64,000 nucleotides of DNA from positions 3,296,001 to 3,360,000 of the forward strand of contig OZ245838.1 in NCBI GenBank assembly GCA_965228735.1. The letters run 5' to 3'. Below, piece by piece: positions 58,723 to 64,000 of this stretch; positions within the stretch are counted from its first letter, which is position 1; each line of letters starts with the position of its first letter. Both the position numbers and the translations under genes were made by a program. The DNA is from Planctomycetota bacterium (GTDB lineage: Bacteria > Planctomycetota > UBA1135 > UBA2386). The notes beneath the pieces are model-generated. The model ran no database searches and had not been told where the DNA came from. It was given only the letters and a program-made list of their open reading frames with translations.

Positions 58723-59027
58723 CTGTAAGTTGTCCTAGCTGTGCGGCCATCAGGGGCTCAACAGGCGAAAGACAACTCCGAAGGAGCACGACCGTGCCGA
58801 GACCGTCAGGCCAACGGCACTCAGCCGAAGGGAAGGCGGCCGTCGGAAAGGCGGCCGTAGGGAACGGGATCGACCTGCACCGCGCCGCTGCTCCGCCCGG
58901 CGAACGGGCCGGATGGTCGGATCGTGGTGCGCTCCATGCCTGTGGTTATGGCGGGTCGTAGCTCCCACGGCAAGGGGGCGACGCGTCCCAGGGACGCAAC
59001 GCCCGATTCCTCCTCACGTCGCGTTCC

Positions 59028-59684
59028 TCACACCACCTTCATCACATCATCCAACGGCCGCCGCTCGAGCGCCTTGCTCGGCACCTCGCAGTCGTCCGTC
59101 GGATAACCAACCGGGATCAGCAGGAACGGGCGTTCGTGCTTCGGGCGGCCGAGGATGTCGCCGAGGAACGCCATCGGACTCGGGGTGTGGGTCAGCGTCG
59201 CGAGGCCGGCCATCTGCGCGGCCGCGAGGAACATGCCGCAGGCGAGTCCCACCGACTCCTTGAGGTAGTAGACCTGGCTGCCGTCGTCCATCTTGCTCAT
59301 CTGGAAGACGACGACGAGCCACGGCGCGATCTCGAGGAACTCCTTGTGGTCATCGGTGCCGAGCGGCGCGAGGTCCCGGAGCCACTCCTCGTTGGCGCGG
59401 CGTTCGTAGAACTCGCGTTCCTCGGCCTCGGCACCGAGGCGGATCTCCTTCTTCTTCGCGGGATCCTGCACGCAGACGAAGCGCCACGGCTGCTTGTTGG
59501 CGCCGCTCGGCGCGCTGTGCGCGCAGCGGACGAGATTCTCGATGGTCTCGCGGCTGACCGGCCGATCGCTGAACATCCGCACGCTGCGCCGGCGCCGGAG
59601 CACGTCGTAGAACTCCGCCGCGGCCTGCTCCGGCGGAACGTCGGGAACGAATCGGTCGGGGTACGGCACGAACGGCGCGGTCAT
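59028..59684 (-). CDS. Iodotyrosine deiodinase-like nitroreductase-fold flavoprotein
   Basis: RRRSVR.FS, APSGANKQPW, EEREFY, LGTD.HK.FLE.AP, TLTHTPSPM. Confidence 0.8.
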   Translation of the reverse strand: MTAPFVPYPDRFVPDVPPEQAAAEFYDVLRRRRSVRMFSDRPVSRETIENLVRCAHSAPSGANKQPWRFVCVQDPAKKKEIRLGAEAEEREFYERRANEEWLRDLAPLGTDDHKEFLEIAPWLVVVFQMSKMDDGSQVYYLKESVGLACGMFLAAAQMAGLATLTHTPSPMAFLGDILGRPKHERPFLLIPVGYPTDDCEVPSKALERRPLDDVMKVV

Positions 59685-59752
59685 GCGCTCACTGGGCCGT
59701 TGCGGCCCCGGAAGGTCAAGCCCGTATGATCGCGCCGCGACGAACCGCGCCG

Positions 59753-62278
59753 ATGACCGACGTTCCAAAAAGCCCCTCCGAGAGCAACCCGGCCGATCTC
59801 CCCGAGGCCGTCGAGGACGAGGTGCTCGCGATCCTCGAGGGCGACGACGCGGTGCGCGACACGGCGCTGCGCGATCTGCTGCAGCAGCACGCGGGCCACG
59901 CGCGCACGATCCGGGCCTGGCTCACGCGCGCGGGCGTGGCGGTCCCCGCCGTCGTGACGACGGGCGGCACCGTCGTCGAGGGCGAGGACCTCGATGCCCT
60001 GCCCACTCGCATCGGTCGCTACCTGCTGCAGGAACGGATCGGGCGCGGCGGGTTCGGCACGGTCTATCGCGCCGAGCAACAAGAACCGTTCCGGCGTCCG
60101 GTCGCGGTCAAGGTCCTCAACCCCGGCATGGACTCGCGCGAGATCCTCGGGCGCTTCTCGGCCGAACGCGAGGCGCTCAACCGCATGGATCACCCGGGGA
60201 TCGCCCGCCTGCTCGACGCCGGATCGACGGCCGCGGGACGCCCGTTCTTCGTGATGGAACTCGTCGAGGGCGCCTCACTCGCGACGCACTGCCGGCAACG
60301 CGGGCTCGGGCTGCGACGACGCCTCGAGCTCTTCCTCAAGGTGCTCGACGCGATGCAGCACGCGCACCAGAAGGCCGTGCTGCATCGCGACCTGAGCTCC
60401 AACAACGTGCTCGTCACCGAGGTCGACGGACGACTGCAGCCCAAGATCATCGACTTCGGGATCGCCAAGTCGATGGCGGACCCGCTGCTGTCGGGCGGCG
60501 CGCGGACGTTCACGGGCACGATGCTCGGCACGCCCGAGTTCATGAGCCCGGAACAGGCGGCCGGCGACGTGCGCGACGTCGACACCCGCGCCGACGTGTA
60601 TGCGCTCGGAGTGCAGCTCTACGAACTGCTCACCGATCAGCTGCCGATCCCGACGCACGAACTGCGGGCACAGGGCATCGCCGGCATGGCGCAGATCGTG
60701 CGCGACTACACGCCACGGCCGCCGAGTGCGGCGGCCGTGCATCGCTTCGCCGACGAGCTCGAGGGCGACCTCGACGCGATCACGATGCGCGCGATCCAGA
60801 AGCGCCGCGACGAGCGCTACGCGACGGTCGCCGAGCTCGCGACGGACATCCGTGCGTTCCTCGATCATGAACCGATCCGCGCACGCCCGGCCTCGCGCTG
60901 GTATCGCCTCGTCAAGTTCGTGCAACGGCGCCGGGCGGAGAGCGTCGCGATCGCGGCGGTCGCGATCGGCCTCATCGCGACGAGCGGAGCGCTGTGGTGG
61001 GCGCTGGCCGTCACCAACCAGGCGCTCGCGGACGCCGAGACCCAGAAACAGCAGATCGAGCAACGCGCGGACGCCGGCTTCCGGCTGCTGGCCAACGCGG
61101 AGAAGCTGGTCGCCGCGCGCGCGACCGCAGCCGAACTGCCGCCGCCGTGGCCCGAGAACCGCGCCGCGTTCGAGGCCTGGCTCGAGGATCGCGGCGAACC
61201 GCTCGTCGATGAGCTGCCCCAGGTGCGCGGCAAGATCACGGAGCTCGAACAACGCAACTCGGCCGACATCGTCGATCGACATCTCGAGTCCGCGCTGCGC
61301 CGACTCGCGACGAGCCTCGACCGCTTCGAGCACACCACGCTGCGGCGCGTGCGCAGCAAGCTCGCGCTGCTCGAATCCCTCGCGGCGGCTGCTGATCACG
61401 CCGCGGCGTGGGACCGGGCGATCGTCGCCGTGCAGCAGCGATACGACGGCATCACGCTGCCGCGCGTGCCCGGCCTGCTGCCGCTCGGCGAGAACCCGAA
61501 CACCGGCCTGCAGGAGTTCCTCGACCTCGCGAGCCATGCGCGCGGTGCACCGCCGCCCGGTCGCCACCCCGACAGCGGCGAGCTCGAGCTCACGCCCAGA
61601 ACCGGCATCGTGTTCGTGCTCGTTCCGGGTGAGGGCTTCCGCATCGGCGTCGCGCCGTCCCCGGGACTGCCGCTGTTCGACCCCGCGGCCGAGCCCGACG
61701 AGCACGACGGGGATCGCATGCTGCTCGACCCGTTCTTGCTGGCCAAGACGGAGGTCACCAAGGCGCAGTGGGCGCGACTGACCGGCGATGCACCGCCGCC
61801 CGACGACGGTGCGATGCTGCCGATCGCGAACCTGTCCTGGGCCGACGCGCGCGTCCTGCTGCGCCAGTTCGATCTCGATCTGCCGACGGAGGCGCAGTGG
61901 GAGTTCGCGTGCCGCGCCGACGCGGCAACGGGGCCGGGGACCGAACCGTCGACCGCCGCGGCGCACCTCACGCTGCGGTTCCAGGCGAGCAGCCCGGCAC
62001 CCGTCGCGTCGTTCCCGCCCAACGGGTTCGGGCTGTTCGACCTGCGCGGCAACGTCGCCGAGTGGTGCCTCGACGAGAAACTCCCCTACGACCAGTTCGC
62101 GGCGCGCGACGGCGACGGCCTGCGCCGCCGGCTCACCGAACGCGACGCCACGGCGCGCGTCGTGCGCGGCGGGCGATTCTACGACCCGCTCGAGAAGACG
62201 CGGCCGACGAGCCGGCACGCGATCCCGGCCGAGACGCACAACGACGGCGTCGGCGTGCGGCCGGTTCGCCACTACTGA
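59753..62278 (+). CDS. Ser/Thr kinase fused to FGE-sulfatase (SUMF1) domain
   Basis: GRGGFG, VAVK, HRDLSSNN, DFG, GTPEFMSPE; transmembrane segment; TEVT..QW, LPTEAQWEFACRA, NGFGLFDLRGNVAEWC, RGG. Confidence 0.9.
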   Translation: MTDVPKSPSESNPADLPEAVEDEVLAILEGDDAVRDTALRDLLQQHAGHARTIRAWLTRAGVAVPAVVTTGGTVVEGEDLDALPTRIGRYLLQERIGRGGFGTVYRAEQQEPFRRPVAVKVLNPGMDSREILGRFSAEREALNRMDHPGIARLLDAGSTAAGRPFFVMELVEGASLATHCRQRGLGLRRRLELFLKVLDAMQHAHQKAVLHRDLSSNNVLVTEVDGRLQPKIIDFGIAKSMADPLLSGGARTFTGTMLGTPEFMSPEQAAGDVRDVDTRADVYALGVQLYELLTDQLPIPTHELRAQGIAGMAQIVRDYTPRPPSAAAVHRFADELEGDLDAITMRAIQKRRDERYATVAELATDIRAFLDHEPIRARPASRWYRLVKFVQRRRAESVAIAAVAIGLIATSGALWWALAVTNQALADAETQKQQIEQRADAGFRLLANAEKLVAARATAAELPPPWPENRAAFEAWLEDRGEPLVDELPQVRGKITELEQRNSADIVDRHLESALRRLATSLDRFEHTTLRRVRSKLALLESLAAAADHAAAWDRAIVAVQQRYDGITLPRVPGLLPLGENPNTGLQEFLDLASHARGAPPPGRHPDSGELELTPRTGIVFVLVPGEGFRIGVAPSPGLPLFDPAAEPDEHDGDRMLLDPFLLAKTEVTKAQWARLTGDAPPPDDGAMLPIANLSWADARVLLRQFDLDLPTEAQWEFACRADAATGPGTEPSTAAAHLTLRFQASSPAPVASFPPNGFGLFDLRGNVAEWCLDEKLPYDQFAARDGDGLRRRLTERDATARVVRGGRFYDPLEKTRPTSRHAIPAETHNDGVGVRPVRHY

Positions 62279-62314
62279 TTTCCCCGCTGCGGGCGAACCC
62301 GCCCGGCGCACGCG

Positions 62315-63361
62315 CTACTCGAGCCCGAGCGCCCGCCGCACCGCGGTCTGATCGATCTCGCCGCCCGCGAAGTCGTCGAAGGCCTTCTCCGCGGGCTTGA
62401 TCATGTGCGCGGCGATGAACGGCGCGCCTTCCTCGGCGCCCTGCTGACCGTCCTTGAAGCAGCACTCCCACTCGAGCACGGCCCAGCCCTCGTAGCCGTA
62501 CTTCGTCAGCTGCGTGAAGATGCCGGCGAAATCGACCTCGCCGTCGCCCGTCGAACGGAAGCGACCCGCGCGGTTCTTCCAACTCTGGTAGCCGCCGTAG
62601 ATGCCGACGCGACCGTTGGGCCGGAACTCGGCGTCCTTCACGTGGAACGACTTGATGCGGTCGTGGTAGAAGTCGATGAACTCGAGATAGTCGAGCTGCT
62701 GCAGCACGAAGTGGCTCGGGTCGTAGAGCAGGCACGCGCGGGCGTGGCCGTCGACCTGCTGCAAGAACTCCTCGTAGCTCGCGCCGTCGTGGATGTCCTC
62801 GCCCGGGTGCACCTCGAAGCTGCAGTCGACACCGCACTCGTCGGCGTAGTCGAGCAGCGGACGCCAACGGCGCGCGAGCTCCTTGAAGCCCTCTTCGACG
62901 AGTCCCGCCGGCCGCTGCGGCCACGGGTAGACGGTGTGCCACATGAGCGCGCCGGGAAACGTCGGCATCGACGTGAGCCCCATGTTCTGGCTCGCCTTCA
63001 GGCACCACTTCACCTGCTGGCTGCCGTACTCGTGCATCGCTTCCGGGGTGTTCACGCCGTCCGGCGCGAACGCCTGGAACATCGACGCATAGGCCGGGTG
63101 CACCGCGACGAGTTGCCCCTGCAGGTGCGTGCTGAGCTCGGTGATCTCCACGCCGGCGGCCTTGCTCTGCCCCATGAGCTCCTCGCAGTAGGCCTTGCTC
63201 TCGGCGGCCTTCTGCAGGTCCATGCAACGACCATCCCAGGTCGGCACCTGCACGCCGATGTAGCCGAGGCCGGCAGCCCAGCTGCAGGCTGATTTCCATT
63301 CGTTGAGCGGCGCGTCGTCGCTCATGAACTGGGCGAGGAAGATTCCGGGTCCTTTCATCAT
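62315..63361 (-). CDS. Sugar phosphate isomerase/epimerase (xylose-isomerase-like TIM barrel)
   Basis: ELSTHLQGQ, EVHPGED, YDPSH, FHVKDAE, VLEWEC. Confidence 0.88.
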   Translation of the reverse strand: MMKGPGIFLAQFMSDDAPLNEWKSACSWAAGLGYIGVQVPTWDGRCMDLQKAAESKAYCEELMGQSKAAGVEITELSTHLQGQLVAVHPAYASMFQAFAPDGVNTPEAMHEYGSQQVKWCLKASQNMGLTSMPTFPGALMWHTVYPWPQRPAGLVEEGFKELARRWRPLLDYADECGVDCSFEVHPGEDIHDGASYEEFLQQVDGHARACLLYDPSHFVLQQLDYLEFIDFYHDRIKSFHVKDAEFRPNGRVGIYGGYQSWKNRAGRFRSTGDGEVDFAGIFTQLTKYGYEGWAVLEWECCFKDGQQGAEEGAPFIAAHMIKPAEKAFDDFAGGEIDQTAVRRALGLE

Positions 63362-63430
63362 GGCCGTCGCACAGTAGCCGCCAGCTCTCCCAGCTGCCAG
63401 CCAACCCGCTGCCAGTCAACCGGGCGACGG

Positions 63431-64000
63431 CTACTTCGGGATCTTGACCCAGCCGCCGCTCTTCACCGACTGCTGCGCCGACTCGAGCACGGCCTGCACC
63501 CGCACCCCATCGTCGAAGTTCGGCGCGAACTTCGACTTGTCGTGCAGCGCGGTGACGAAGTCGGCGAGGTGGTGCACGAACGTGTGCTCGTAGCCGACGA
63601 TGTGACCGTCCGGCCACCAGTTGGGCGCGTACGGGTGCACGTCGTCCATGCACATCACCGTGCGGAAGCCCTGCGCGTCACGCGGATCCTTGGTCGAGAA
63701 GACCTCGAGCTCGTTCATCCGTTCGAGGTTCCACCGGATCGAACCGGTCTCGCCCGAGATCTCGAGGCAGTTGTAGTTCTTGCGCCCGGGTGCGGTGCGG
63801 GTCGCCTCGAACGTGCCGATCGCACCGCCCTTGAACTTCGCGAGGAAGCAGAACGCGTCGTCGACCGTCACCTTGGCCTTCTCGCCCCGCTTGCCGGTCG
63901 GCCGCTCCTTGGTGAACGTCTGCTGCATCCCGCACACGGCGTCGAACTCGAGCCCCGTGATCGCGCGCGTCAGATCGATGAGGTGTGCGTTGAGGTCGCC
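63431..64000 (-). CDS. Gfo/Idh/MocA family oxidoreductase, 5'-truncated by window edge
   Basis: GDLNAHLIDL, VDDA, FEATR.A.GRKN, WWPDGH..GYEHTF, PNFDDG. Confidence 0.88.
   Translation of the reverse strand, partial: GDLNAHLIDLTRAITGLEFDAVCGMQQTFTKERPTGKRGEKAKVTVDDAFCFLAKFKGGAIGTFEATRTAPGRKNYNCLEISGETGSIRWNLERMNELEVFSTKDPRDAQGFRTVMCMDDVHPYAPNWWPDGHIVGYEHTFVHHLADFVTALHDKSKFAPNFDDGVRVQAVLESAQQSVKSGGWVKIPK

Noticed and set aside
58723..59027. Possible Moco riboswitch or sigma54 promoter upstream of the molybdoenzyme operon
   Set aside because: Hairpins are present, but I could not match the Moco RNA consensus, and CGGCACGGTCGTGCT has 9 rather than 10 nt between GG and GC. An Infernal/Rfam search would decide.

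Overview
This is a very GC-rich bacterial chromosomal window. The gene content (PVC-type multiheme/propeller pair, ECF sigma plus Ser/Thr kinase pair, kinase-FGE fusion) suggests Planctomycetota, which is an inference. It holds about 55 densely packed CDSs, and I saw no rRNA, tRNA, CRISPR array or intact transposase. The main structure is a ~26 kb block (about 15.9-42 kb) with two paralogous sigma54 enhancer-binding proteins and nine -24/-12 sigma54 promoter motifs read by eye. That block also holds stress genes (2 USPs, DUF2383, general stress protein, kinase and 2 PP2C). At its core is an operon: degenerate P-II, FN3-like membrane protein, Na+/solute symporter, 40-aa membrane peptide, a non-canonical ATCase-like carbamoyltransferase and an AsnB-like amidotransferase, with an N-carbamoyl-amino-acid amidohydrolase nearby. 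I infer this is a candidate synthesis/transport/turnover pathway for an N-carbamoyl amino-acid amide osmolyte such as N-carbamoyl-glutamine amide. Other highlights are a NorC/NorB-like heme-copper pair with altered metal ligands facing an anchor-less Tat molybdoenzyme operon, a catalytically dead DAC-like gene, a persulfide dioxygenase-rhodanese fusion with an ArsR and a perfect operator palindrome, and a chain of ATGA-coupled mini-ORFs between an ECF sigma and its anti-sigma. All family calls come from motif recognition; no database searches were run.
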